DNA of 64,000 nucleotides, taken from NCBI GenBank assembly GCA_051294905.1, contig CM119372.1:32676001-32740000 (forward strand), in the 5' to 3' direction. Of the stretch, positions 29,093 through 41,310 are shown piece by piece. The DNA is from Botryllus schlosseri (lineage: Eukaryota). The position numbers were made by a program, and so were the translations under genes. Below the pieces are notes generated by a model. It was not told the origin of the DNA and searched no databases. It saw only the letters and a list, made by a program, of their open reading frames with translations. Each line of letters opens with the position of its first letter. The stretch's first letter is position 1.

Positions 29093-29904
29093 AACTAGAG
29101 CAATCAAAGGATATAATGATGTCACAAAATCTATATCTTTTGTCGCTTTGCCAACAATTACGACGGGGACTTGCAAGGGAATATAAGCTACGCCTTGGTA
29201 AGACCGGACAATGTATTCTTAAAGGCACCTATGACTACTGCTACATTGATATTGAGCAGAGTGTAAAACTGGTTTCTATACTTGCTACCGATATTATACC
29301 AGAGGTGGTCAAAGTAGTCAAGAAAGCTACTCAAGTAGAAGTGGAAGTAGCGACGAAAAATTCTACTCAAGTACGAGTAGAAGTACTTTTTCCATAAGCC
29401 ACCTTAAACTACTTGAAGTAGAAATAGAATTGACTGACTTTAAATCTACTCAAGTATGTGAGTAGTTTTGATAACAGTCTTTCGTACTTGGACTGTCAAA
29501 AGCTGCAAATTGAGCTATGCGGAAGGTGCAGAGAGCTTGATTCGTATTGCTTCATCCCAGGAGGTATCAATTTTCGACAGAATATAAGCATTCTTTCGCA
29601 TCATGGGATGCAAATTATAGTATTGATATGTAAATGCGATACTAACTCTTGGTTAACTAGAAGACCCCGTTTTAGAGAATATCATGGCATGGCGCCTTAC
29701 TCCATATTACAAGGCCCCAAGTTTAGGCGAAGAGCAATACGGAGAAGTTGTACCAAATATGTTTCAACACTTTGCGCGATTAGTATACGTTAATAACAAA
29801 TATTGTGGATCGTAAAATTTATATTTAGAGTAGCTTTATTTTCGGAAAATAGAGGCATTACTACACTTCCCAGCAAACACGAGATGTCTTTTGAACTTGT
29901 CAGG

Positions 29905-30190
29905 ATATCTTTTTCTGGTCCAGCCATGTTCAAATCATATCTTGTGCATGCCTTGTGCTGAAGCACAACTTAAATATATCTTTTTCATGTCCAGTCATGT
30001 TCAAATCATATCTTATGCATACCTTGTGGTGAAGCACGACTTGAATATATCTTTTTCTTGTCCAGTCAAGTCCAAATCATATCTTGTCCATACCTTGTGC
30101 TGAAGCACGACCTAAATATATCTTGTTTTTGTCCAGTCAAGTCTAAATCATATCTTGTGCATACCATGTGCTGAAGCACCACTTTTCTTG
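29905..30190. repeat. Tandem repeat, about four copies of a ~67-bp unit
   Basis: ATATCTTTTT..GTCCAGTCA.GT.CAAATCATATCTTGTGCATACCTTGTGCTGAAGCAC repeated. Confidence 0.8.
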
Positions 30191-30337
30191 GCCAAATTTT
30201 GTCGAATGCTGAAAATATATTTGTTGCGAATATCAAATTCGATTATTGCTTCCTATTGTGGGAGAGTTGCGTTTATAAATGTACAGTTGATTATGTTGAA
30301 CTTTTGCTCTCATAGGGCGATTATATAGTCACCTATA

Positions 30338-31119
30338 AGTAGTTATGTAGATCGGTCGCGAACGGCTATTGGTTCTTATGGGCGGGGTGGTGACTCGTAT
30401 TGAAACCGGGGGTGGTGATTCGTACTTTCAGACCCCCCTCTCGGCCGTGATTCGTAATGGGTTCTTATGGACGCGGTGGTGAGTCGTACTTTTGGGTATA
30501 GGCTGCGGCGGTGACTCGTATTGAAAACTCGTGGTCGTGAGTCGTACTTTTGGGTATAGGCTGCGGCGGTGACTCGTATTGAAAACTCGTGGTCGTGATT
30601 CGTACTTTCGGGTATAGGCTGCGGCGGTGAATCGTATTGAAATACTCGTGTTGGTAAGTCGTAATTTCAGGTATAGACTGTGGCAGTGATTCACCTGTCG
30701 TGTATTCTTACGGGATCTGTGGTGACTCGCCATGTGTTCTTATGGGTGCGGTCGTGATTCGTACTTTCAGGCATCTCTCGTGCGGTGTTGAATATGTACG
30801 AGTCACCAACAATAACCGCACAAACGGAAACGTGGCTTGCAAGAGGATTATTACGCAGTGCGTGCGACCTATATTCCGAATGACCTGCGCGCTGAATTAT
30901 TTCCCGTCCAGCTGTGTGCTACTATCGATTATTACACTAGACCAGTCAGTGCGAAATAGTTTGATCGTAAATTATGATATATGATGTCGTAGTTTAGTCG
31001 TGTCAAATGACCGATCGTGTTCTCTTTCCTCGCTATTGATTGCTACCTGAATAATACTTTCGGCTTATTCACACCGCTGTTTCGCGCCTACAGAATAGTC
31101 TGCTGTTCACAGTCGCAAC
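30338..31119 (+). repeat. Polinton left TIR (782 bp)
   Basis: Reverse complement of 51350-52126; internal array of GTGA(C/G/T)TCGTA-core units. Confidence 0.95.
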
Positions 31120-31250
31120 TTCATCGCGATAGCACAATTTTCACACCTCGATCAGTAGAACAACACCGCGCTAACCCAGTTGTCGAAACACATAGGTCAT
31201 ACATTTTACGTGAAAATGAAATATTGTATTGTGGTATACAAATATGCAAA

Positions 31251-31862
31251 CTATTCTTTCAATTCGACAAGTCTAGTTAACTGATCGATTTTCAATCTGC
31301 CGACACAGTTTTTAACACGAGTGAGTTGATATTTCTTCCCGGGTACGAGCGAGGCCTTGTTCCATCGATCCAACACCACCTCTCCGGTATCGTCTTTTAA
31401 TGTAAAACTGTATAATTTCAACTTCTTTCCGGCACCAGAATTGACCATCTTCTCCTCTCGAGAAACACAAGTAGCGGCGATCGATACGTATTCATCTTTA
31501 TTTCCGTATACCGATTCACAGATCAATAATGGGTATTCTTCAGTCGTATGTCTCGATTTTCCATGCAGAGTTACTGACGAAGCCCGTCCCAGTAATACAG
31601 CAGGTTTTCCAGTAAACTTGTCAATTTGGACCCAACCGGATTTGACCATGAGTTTTTTTCGTTTGGAGAATGCTTTCTCAATGACCCCGAACAATTCACG
31701 ATTGAAACACGTGAAAGATATCTCTTCGTTATTACTGTCGATGAATATACCTTTGAGATATTGACTAACGCCACCTCTTTTGGGTGATGAGACGAATTTG
31801 ACGCCGACGTGAAAATTTGAAACTGCTCCGACTTGCATACTGCTGACGCTGTTCGATGCCAT
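31251..31862 (-). CDS. Tandem OB-fold, RPA/SSB-like ssDNA-binding protein (putative)
   Basis: Two beta-rich repeats, YLKGIFIDSNNEEISFTCF and YSFTLKDDTGEVVLDRW, resemble the RPA1 L.D.TG.I..T.(F/W) motif; intact ORF. Confidence 0.6.
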   Translation of the reverse strand: MASNSVSSMQVGAVSNFHVGVKFVSSPKRGGVSQYLKGIFIDSNNEEISFTCFNRELFGVIEKAFSKRKKLMVKSGWVQIDKFTGKPAVLLGRASSVTLHGKSRHTTEEYPLLICESVYGNKDEYVSIAATCVSREEKMVNSGAGKKLKLYSFTLKDDTGEVVLDRWNKASLVPGKKYQLTRVKNCVGRLKIDQLTRLVELKE

Positions 31863-32024
31863 ATCGTTTGGTAAAGTGAGAGTCATCAACAAATCCGTCG
31901 ATATTTATAGAATTAGGTGCGTGGTATTGAGTGAGTTAACAGTCTTTGTATAATCCTGATGACCCGCGTGAATAGACTTGGATTGAAATAAACTTTACAG
32001 GAGTTCTGTAAGAAAGGATACCGT

Positions 32025-32378
32025 TCACAAGTACCAAACGACACGAATGAATTTTCTTCTTACCCAGTCACTTATCAATGTACTGTAGTGAGTATTCAAG
32101 ATGTCTGTTGCTAAATCTCTGTACGTCGCTAGGGTGCGTATGTCACTTTTCATCGCCGCAATGCTTATGACACTAAAAACCCCATTCCAGTCGATGTCGT
32201 ATGATCGAATCGAGTTAACCAATGCGGTAAAATCACACTTTCGAACACGGTTCACGTTTTGTCCATGTACATAGAAATCTAGTATCTTATGGATGGATTT
32301 TTCCGTTTCGCTCAAGGCGGGGGTAGTCAAATTATGATAGTACAGAAGGTAATTCTCAATAATCGCGCTAGTTGCCAT
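32025..32378 (-). CDS. Polinton hypothetical protein, 117 aa
   Basis: ATG-initiated intact ORF inside the element; no family recognised. Confidence 0.5.
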   Translation of the reverse strand: MATSAIIENYLLYYHNLTTPALSETEKSIHKILDFYVHGQNVNRVRKCDFTALVNSIRSYDIDWNGVFSVISIAAMKSDIRTLATYRDLATDILNTHYSTLISDWVRRKFIRVVWYL

Positions 32379-32415
32379 AACGAGTATATGTAACTATCAA
32401 CTGAAAAAGTAAACC

Positions 32416-32658
32416 ATGAGAATGTCACCACAATGTGTTAAAATGGTGAAATACACCGCTCAGATTTCGAAAAAACAGATGTTGGCGGGTGCGTTTGACA
32501 TGTGTGACACAATAAAATCGCCCGTTTCGCTAAACAGGAAATTCATAAAGCGCAGTGTGCTGTGCGATTTTGAAAAATCAGATATCTGTAGCGACGTTTT
32601 GATCTGTGACACACTAAATACGTCCGGTTCTGAAAGTCGGAAACGCGATCGGATCTGA
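32416..32658 (+). CDS. Polinton hypothetical protein, 80 aa
   Basis: ATG ORF divergent from 32378; no family recognised. Confidence 0.3.
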   Translation: MRMSPQCVKMVKYTAQISKKQMLAGAFDMCDTIKSPVSLNRKFIKRSVLCDFEKSDICSDVLICDTLNTSGSESRKRDRI

Positions 32659-32838
32659 GGATTACGCAGTGTGCGTGCGGTCTATATTTCGAATGACCTG
32701 CGCACCGAATTATTTTCCATCCAACCGCGTGCTACTATCGAATTAAATCTATAAATAGCCAACACCGCGATCCGGTTGTTATACTTCGCTGTTGCAGACA
32801 TAAACGCTGGTTGGAGCAGTTAGATTAATTATTATACA

Positions 32839-33696
32839 ATGGCCGAGGTTCAGATAGATAATCTTGACAAATTTGGTTATGAACCAAATGCATTCGAATC
32901 GCAATTTGAAGAGAACGCGGATATCTTTGATGCGATTAATCCTGGTGATCTGATGACGCCGGATTTAAGAGTTGAATCCGCAGAACGCGACCTTACGGCA
33001 ACGATCGAAATGCAGTCAAACTATACAGATATAGCGCGCCAGGCGTGGCTGAAGTCGGGTCAACTAGCTAGAGAAAGCGCGATTAACGATCTCACGAACT
33101 TGGTGACGATACCGTGTGTACCGATCGATGAGACAGCCGTTAGCAACGAATTACCGAATCCCGAGAAACCGTCGACTTCTGGGATGACGATACCGCGCCC
33201 CGCGGGGTCGCTATCGACGACTGATTTATTCCTAAATCTGTATCAACCGGCAAGCCAACTCGAAAAAGAACCACATCGACAACGGCGGGCATACCACCGG
33301 CTAAACAGCTTCGTAATGGAAAATCGAAAAATTTGAATCGTACCGAACCCAGACAGAAGATTGGTAAGAAACCTGTGAAATCTAAAAGCGCGCGTGAAGG
33401 GAAAAAAGAAGCAGGAAGAAAAGTTATGTCAATACACAGTTGACAAGATGGTCACCTACCTCCAGACTATTGACGTTGTTAAGCCGCATTTAGGTTCAAT
33501 ACTATGTTATGTTGATTCGTTGACGGAGAAAAAAAATTTGACTGTCACAAAGCTCATGGCTGACATCAAACGATTGCTTACTGTCAAGGGTCAGCGTTGG
33601 AGTCTTGATGAGATTCAACCTGAATTAAATACCGCAACCAATGAGTACTTGCATCGACTTCTGGAAATTAGAACAAAATTGAAGTATAATTTGTGA
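32839..33696 (+). pseudogene. Polinton hypothetical protein with acidic N-terminus, basic linker and helical C-terminus; apparently frameshifted
   Basis: TATAAATA at ~32750 upstream. ORFs 32839-33336 and 33394-33696 are bridged by an alternative frame TSTTAGIPPAKQLRNGKSK...KKPVKSK. Confidence 0.5.
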
Positions 33697-34299
33697 TTGT
33701 GCTGAATGATTTTCATTGTTGTGAGTGTCTATTCTCAATTTCTGTTTTCCGTTTCAGATTTTACATTAGAGTCATAAATAAACAATAGATTCTAAAAGCG
33801 CAACCACTAGTGGTGCTGGCGCTCTTGTAATCTCGAATCAGCGGTTTGGGTCTTTCTCTCTGGGTGTCGAGTAGCGAACAACGTGGCTGACTGTCTGGGT
33901 ATATTCGACTGCGATTGGTGGATAAGGAGTTAATTAGTAAGTTATTCGGTACGATTACTTTGATTTATGAATATAATTTGTTATTTATTTATCCGCCAGA
34001 CAAAACAAGCGCGGGATTAAAGAATTGAAACGGTGAGATATTACTGTTCAGAATGATAGGAGTGTGATGTAACGATTTTGTTGTTGAACAGACAGAGCAA
34101 ACTCAAGGATTAATAACAACAGCCAAGTCTACTGGTAAGTTATCTGCTATAACACAACGTTAGTGGACATAGATTGATGTGTTACTTGTTTTATTAAGCA
34201 TAAAGAATCGAAGACACCAACAAAGAAACTAGAATGTAAGTGAGACCAGTTTCATGTTCGCCAAGTGCTGAATTTGACCACGTGTTATTAATTTTACAG

Positions 34300-37200
34300 A
34301 TGAGTCGACGCAGACGGAATCGTGTTCGCGAAGAACCGAATGCACCACCAGAGATTGGCGACGAACGCCAAGAAGTTGTAAATCAGAACTGGCAAGCGAT
34401 AAAATCGTATGTAGTGAAAAAGACCAGTCATGTGTATAATATTCGAGTTATCGATCGTGAGCTAACGGATGTTTACCGCGATATCCAAGCGATATTTTTC
34501 TCCGAGTCACATACCTTTAAAGTGAACTACGCACATGCCTTCATTTTATATCACACTGAGACTCTGAGATTTCGGTATTTTCATGCTTCGGCAAACATCG
34601 ATAGTGTATTAGAAACACCAGCGCTAATTTCAACACTATCTGAATTTGATGAATTCGTTGAATCTATTCACCTGGAAACCGCACTTGATTTGTTACAAAA
34701 CTCTCGAGCAGATACAAAGTCACTGCCAGTCTGTCTGACTAATGTCCAGTTTTATGTATACCCTACGAGTCATTTACTGATTGGTTGTGGTGGTATTAAG
34801 CTACCAATGTGGCTTGCGAAATCGAAATGCATCTTGACATTTACCCATCAAAAAAATCGAAATCGATACAGAGACAATCTGTGCGCTTTTCGCTGTATCG
34901 CTCACTCACTAGGAAAAGACACCAAAGATTTAGCTCAACAATTCACTTCGGTGTATGGCATCAGTGTAGAATCCGGTGTGACTCTCGACATGCTGAATGA
35001 TATCGAGGTCTTGTTTAATGTGGCCATATTTGTATACACCAAGACTGATGGTGAAGCTGTCGCGCTCCGTCGTAGTACGTTTGAAGCGAAACCTGTGTAT
35101 TTACATCTAGAACATGCACACTTCTGTCTCATTTCTGATATGAGGTGATATATAGAGACCTATAAATGTGATGTTTGCCAACGATTATTTGATGAACAAT
35201 ATGATTTGACCAGACACAAATGTGTAACGGGTCCCGTTGAAGTGTTCCCGGGTGGTGTGTATACACCTCCTCTGAACATCTTTGAAAAACTTGATCTAGT
35301 AGGGGTGTTCGTTCCTCACCGACTTCGTTATTTCAAATACCGTATCGCGTTCAGTATAGAGAGTGTGTATGATACCTCAAAAACTTTGCGAGAGCGCCAG
35401 AACATCCCCATCTCTGTTAGCATATCGTCTAATGTGGAAGGTTACTTGGAGTCGCATGTAATTGTCTCGAGTGGTGATACAAACGATTTATGCGCACAAA
35501 TGATTGATCATTTTCACGATATTCAAAGTGAATCATTCAGACTGTCACTCACAGAATATCGACCCTACCTGGACATGCTCAAATCGAAAATTACCGAAAT
35601 GAAAGTGCTCGATCCTTCAAAACACCCAATACCCCTTGAACGTTTACAAGTGGAGTTTATGAGTTATTTGCGTCAAATCCCTGTTTTGTCGTTCAATGGT
35701 GATCGATATGACTTGAACTGGCTCAAAGCGTACTTGTTTGGTTTTCTCGTTGACGACAATCTTAGTGTACTGAAACGCGGTAACAAATTTCTCACAATGA
35801 CGACCAACAGACTTCAATTCTTGGACATTGTGAATTAATTGGCACCCGGGTTCTCGTATGATTCATATTTGGAAGCCATCAAATGTAGCACCGCTAAAGC
35901 TCACTTTCCGTACCAGTTTCTGACTAGTTTGAAAAAGTTGGATAACTCGAGTCTACCAAGCCACGACGAGTTTTACAACCCACTAAAAGGTTGTAATATA
36001 TCCACAGCTGAATATGAAAACTGTTTGAAGGTTTGGAACGACAACAAAATGACCTCTCTGCGTGATTATCTCAAATGGTGCAACGCGAACGATACTCACT
36101 ACTTCATAGAGGTTTTAGAAGAACAATTCCAATCATTCAAAAGTCAATTCAATGTTGATATATTCAAGGATGCGGTCTGCCTGCTCGGGGTTGTATCGAG
36201 GCATCTTTTTAACAGCATCCCGCGTGATTTCACAATGTTCAACGACAAACACCAGGATCTGGTTTCGCTATTCAGAGACAATTTAGTGCGTGGACCATCG
36301 ATCATTTTCCATCGATACCCAAAACCGGGTGTAACTCGAATCAAAGAACATGTCTATAAGGAAAATACACAGATTGCACAACATATAACAAGTTTGACCA
36401 GCGACTCGCTCTATCAGTATGCTTTAAGTCGACCAAGTCCAACTGGATTTGCGATACGTTGGCAACCAATCGACCCCGAGTGTACAAAATTCAAACCTGT
36501 CAAGACCGCGCCGAAATGCTCAGAGACTGTAACCCAGTGGATGAATTGGTATTCCCATATTCATAAGGTTCATGTTCACCACGCTTTTAACGGACCTGAA
36601 ATTCATGTGGGTGTGCGCAATTATCGACCTGATGGGTTTTATAGTAATTCGGCCGGACAAGGGATAATCTTATCATTCCTTAGATGTGATTTTCACGCCC
36701 ACGATTGCAGATTCGGATGTGATGACCCAGTACGTCGAGAGCGAGCTAAACGCATTCATGATTATTACGAAAGTCTAAATTATCGAGTTGTATGTAAATG
36801 GGAATGTGAGTGGAATATTGAGAAGAGAAATCCTCATATTGTGCGATATCTCGATGGTATTCAACTATAGAGTATGACTGGAGTGACGACTCGATTGTTC
36901 TCCCATTGTTAGCCGGCAGAATGGTCACGGTCAGATGGCTGCACCCAAAACAGGATCGCTCAGTGCTTGTTTATATGGCGTTCAAGGCGATTCGTCGTGT
37001 ATTTCTTGAAGCTGCGTCGGATTTAGTTAGACAGTTCAACATTTAGGTAGCGGTGGCGAGTCGTTATGACTAGGGAATAATACCGTGTAGCCTCTGTTAT
37101 ATTTTTCGCCAGAATTAGATCATACTTCGTCACGCATAGAGTCGGTATCATGGCTGATTCGGCCGCATCACTTTGGCCTTTGGGGATGGCTGGGAGGGAT

Positions 37201-40200
37201 TAACTGAAATGGAAATTGAAGAATGTTTCGAAGGACTCAATAACTGGAAAGGTGTGTTTTGTAAGGAATGCGAAGCATCCTTTCCTACTGTGAAAGCTTT
37301 GAAGAAACATTACAAAAATCATAAAGTTCTCGCCAGTAATTGGAATATATCTGAGGATGCTGTAATTGCTGTTTTAAAGAGGTTTTGTGTAAATAGCAAA
37401 AAATACTTTGAATGCGCCCCATCATTCGAGGAACTAGACATGACCAAAGCTGTTCCATTGGTGGAAAAACTCCATTCTGAATATTGTAAACTTGGTATTG
37501 ACGGATTTTATCAACATTATTCTAGTATCTGCCTTTGAGCTAAGAAGTTTTTGGGTTTGCCACAATTGCCAGCTTCAGCCTTACTTTTGAAGATTTTTGA
37601 TTCTCTCGTCTGCGGTAAAGAACAGCATCCAATCACATAGATTGGAGGAGTCAACAGCTAGGAATGTGGTAAGTAAATAGCCTATACTTTGCCTTTCCAT
37701 GGAAAAACTTTGACGTGTTTTTAGACATACTTGAATATATTGGTAGAGTGCTTTTGGGAGCCATTTCTAAGCAAGCCAACGAAGCAATTGCCACCTACCT
37801 AGCAACTGCAGCGCCATCGGGAAACCTCATTAAAGTGATGCAGAATAAAGACGGTGGATTGAAGAGCCCGTCTGAACAGTTTCATGGCATGGTTCTCCGC
37901 TTATATGTTAACCACAGTGTAAAGAAATGACAAATCCCATGAAAAATATAATTTTTTCAGGGTACTTGAGGCAATTCAATGTCATCCATTCTATAACAAA
38001 TTGATTCATACTGTATCACTTCAATCTGGTTCAGACGTAAATGAGGTTGAGGATGTCATGGACAAGGCAATGAAACACTTGAATAACATCTGTTCTCACA
38101 ATTTTGCGATGTTTGCATTGCATGAGAAGCAGAAAAAGTCTTCCACATTTTCCAAATGTTTGCGAGATAGCTTGAAAAAAGCAGGGGTGTCAAAGATACG
38201 GCCCGCCAGACGATTTCATCCGGCCCGCGAAGCAATTCTGAGTAGAGTGAAATATTCTTATATTTTCCAGCATATCTGTTACAAATGTTGAGATTTTTGG
38301 CAGGAATTACTTCCATGTTCATAGGTCCCATTATAACCCCCCCCTCCGACTATATGTGGCTCCACTCTAGTTACCACTAGTAACAAGTCGGTGAAATTTA
38401 CATCAAATTTCAAGAAGGCCAAAAGTGAACACTAAGTTCAGAGTTCTATACAAATATGAACCAAGAACATGGTCAAGCTGACAATTCGGCTTTTGAATGG
38501 TGTTATGGAATCAGTATCTTTCAGAGTCCTAACACAAGATGTTCTGGAAGCACCATTTGGATCTTTGATAACTTCAGTTGACAGTCATTAATATTATTCA
38601 CGAATGTTAACCTGAATTAATGATTGCCTTTTTAACTGCGGTCTTCGATGAGATACAGCAGGAATCCAGATATTAGCCAAGTCAGTTACTCAGTGAATGC
38701 CTTATGCCAGGGTAAGGCCATAAAGAGAGGGAAGGGTGCCGATACAACATATGCCTATGGTGATCAAAAGTCTGCCAGGAACCCATGACCAAGAAAAGAT
38801 TCAGCAAATGAAGCTAATGTAGTTTCTGGTAGTGTTAGTATGGTCGTTTTTTCTCTCTGTGGAAAATGCTGCCTATCCACATTCCCTACCTAAAAAAGGA
38901 AACCAATGCGTTGGTCGAAACCTTGACGTGGTGCATTGGCTTTCTACTAATGTCGACCAGAAGAGGTTTTCCAAGCGAATTCCAGGTTATTCTACTATTT
39001 TTGGTAATGCCAACGAGTTCCATTCAAGTGCGTTTTTGCATACTTCCAAGGAGTAAGCTCTGACTATTGTGAATTGAGATCAAGCAGAACATTAACATTA
39101 CACGAGGCTCTGGTTCTAGTCATCCTCAAGTTTCTGCGGTTATCGAACAGGCATACAAGACTATTGCGATGTTATTTGTTATATTCATACTTGAATTTCT
39201 GCAGTTAATATTGGACATACTTTCAATCAAAGATATTGTGAACTGCATATCGATATAGTTCAAGATCTTTCTTCTTGTTCACTTTGTAGTATTCTTCGGT
39301 CGTCCTTTCCATGAATTCGTCTCACACTAGCCAATGCACACGAACCAGATATTCTATATACCTTCTGTCTTTATATTTAAATACGTAGCAAACTCTGTAA
39401 AGGATCAAAGCCAGAATATCACTTAAATCTCGTGAGAAATGTAACATAGGTTACACGGTAATATTCACTAGTCATAACGACTCGCCACCGCTACCTAAAT
39501 GTTGAACTGTCCAACTAAATCCGACGCAACTTCAAGAAATACACGACGAATCGCCTTTGAACGCCATATAAACAAACACTGAGCGATAGTGTTTTGGGTG
39601 CAGCCATCTGACCGTGACCATTCTGCCGGCTAACAATGGGAGAACAATCGAGTCGTCACTCCAGTCATACTCCATAATTCAACCACAACTGACTCGTGCC
39701 AAGTCTGTCACCCCACAGAAATTGATGGAGATGGTGATGAATGGTACTTTCTTTGGTTGTTTGCTGGTTGATATTTGTACACGACCACATACACGATATT
39801 CAAAAATACCACAGTGTCTCGCGATACCGTGAAAAGTGACATGAATCAGCTTGCTGTAGATCGGAAATCACCCAGTAAACCCACTGACATGTTGGTTGCG
39901 TCGTACTGCGGTAAGAAAATCTTGCTAACCTCCGACTTGATCAAATGGTATGTAGATCACGGATTGGTGGTATCAAAAATTCATGAGGCTGTCGAATTCA
40001 CAAAAAGACATGTTTTGACAACTTTGCGAAAAATTTCTCAGACTGTCGACGTGCTGGGGATCGCGATCCTAACATGGAGATTATTGGGCTAACGCAAAAA
40101 CTCGCTGCGAATTCTTGTTATGATCGCGAGTTAATGAATCCGCGTAAACTCGAACAAACCACGTTCTGTGATAAAAGTGAATTGAACGCAAATGTGGAGG

Positions 40201-40689
40201 ATCGCTTTTTCGTCAAGTGTGAACAATTAAACACAGATCTATTTGAAATAACGAAGAGCCCTCAAAAGATCGAGCAAGATAACTGCATTCAAGTATCGTT
40301 CTGGATGTATTATAATGTCAAATTACGGATGTTGTCGTTTTTTTTATGACTGTTTATGCAAATATTTTCGCGCTGACTGCTTCATGCTACTTTCGGTGGA
40401 TATCAACTCGTTTTTCATCGCACATTCAGCACCACTCGATGACATTCTCATCCCCGAGAAAAGGCATGAATTTTACTGCGATTACGAGAACTGGTTTCCG
40501 CGTTATTTTTGCGATGACCATCGAAACGAATTCTTGACTGACCCGGCTTCTTTTGACCACTCGAGGCAGTGCTGTAAAGATACGTATGCTCATTATCTTC
40601 ATCAACCTGGTTTGATGGAAGTGAGATACGACGCCGATGCATCTTTCAGTGGTCTCAATCACTTTCACAGCGATCCAAAAAAACATTAA
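34300..40689 (+). pseudogene. Protein-primed family B DNA polymerase (pPolB) with embedded Vsr-like nuclease domain; disrupted
   Basis: Motifs DNLCAFRCIA, SFNGDRYD, FPYQF, RGPSIIFHR, SDSLY, FFGCLLVDI, KLAANSCY, VDINS. In-frame stops at 35146 and 35836, insertion 36866-39676, several frameshifts in 39780-40350. Confidence 0.9.
36866..39676. mobile_element. P-element-like DNA transposon inserted in pPolB
   Basis: ~240-bp TIRs (TATAGAGTATGACTGG...CCAGTCATACTCCATA) and 7-bp TSD ATTCAAC. Internal fragments: C2H2 finger (ORF 37173-37538), EYIG...GGLKSPS, RVLTQDVLEAPFGSL at 38523. Confidence 0.8.
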
Positions 40690-41310
40690 TCACGGCATTG
40701 AATGTTATTGCGGTGTACTTGTATATATTTTGTGTGACTTTAATTTATTTGTATATACTGTGTGTTTGATGTGATTTATTTGTATTGTGTGTTCATGTAT
40801 CATTTGTTTTCCAGATCGATAACACTATTACCTATCTAAAGTCTATCATGTCATTATATTTAAATAGTTTACATGTAGAGATGATTACCTTGGAGTGGGA
40901 ATTACCACAGTTCATGATTCTTGGTTTTACCAAACATTCCCCAACGTCGATGATACCCGATTGATGAAAAAGCAGATCACCAAAACTTGTGCTCCGTGGT
41001 GAGGTCTATAGTTTGTTATCGAAACACTATATTTTAAAGCGCTATGAACGTACATTATGAATCCTCTAATGTGATTTATTATTTTGCAGATTGGGATCAG
41101 CTGCTTGACGACCTGAAGCATTCGTAACACTACAACTTCCACCGATGATGAGGAACAGATGAAGATTTCATAACCAGTGGAAAATTGTTAAATCGAGCTC
41201 TACTGGGGTTATATATTCCACTAGAACAAGATGACTACAACAGTGGATATTCCAACCTTGTTGATATATAAACACATACACTTTATCGAGTTTTCAATAA
41301 ACAACAAACG

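Noticed and set aside
30428..30984. ORFs in the left TIR, duplicated at 51414-52036
   Set aside because: They arise from the TIR repeat array, have non-ATG starts, and are duplicated only because the TIR is
40690..41300. Possible spliced exons downstream of pPolB (acceptor-like TTTTCCAG at ~40814, TTTTGCAG at ~41089)
   Set aside because: I could not build a consistent exon chain or a recognisable product
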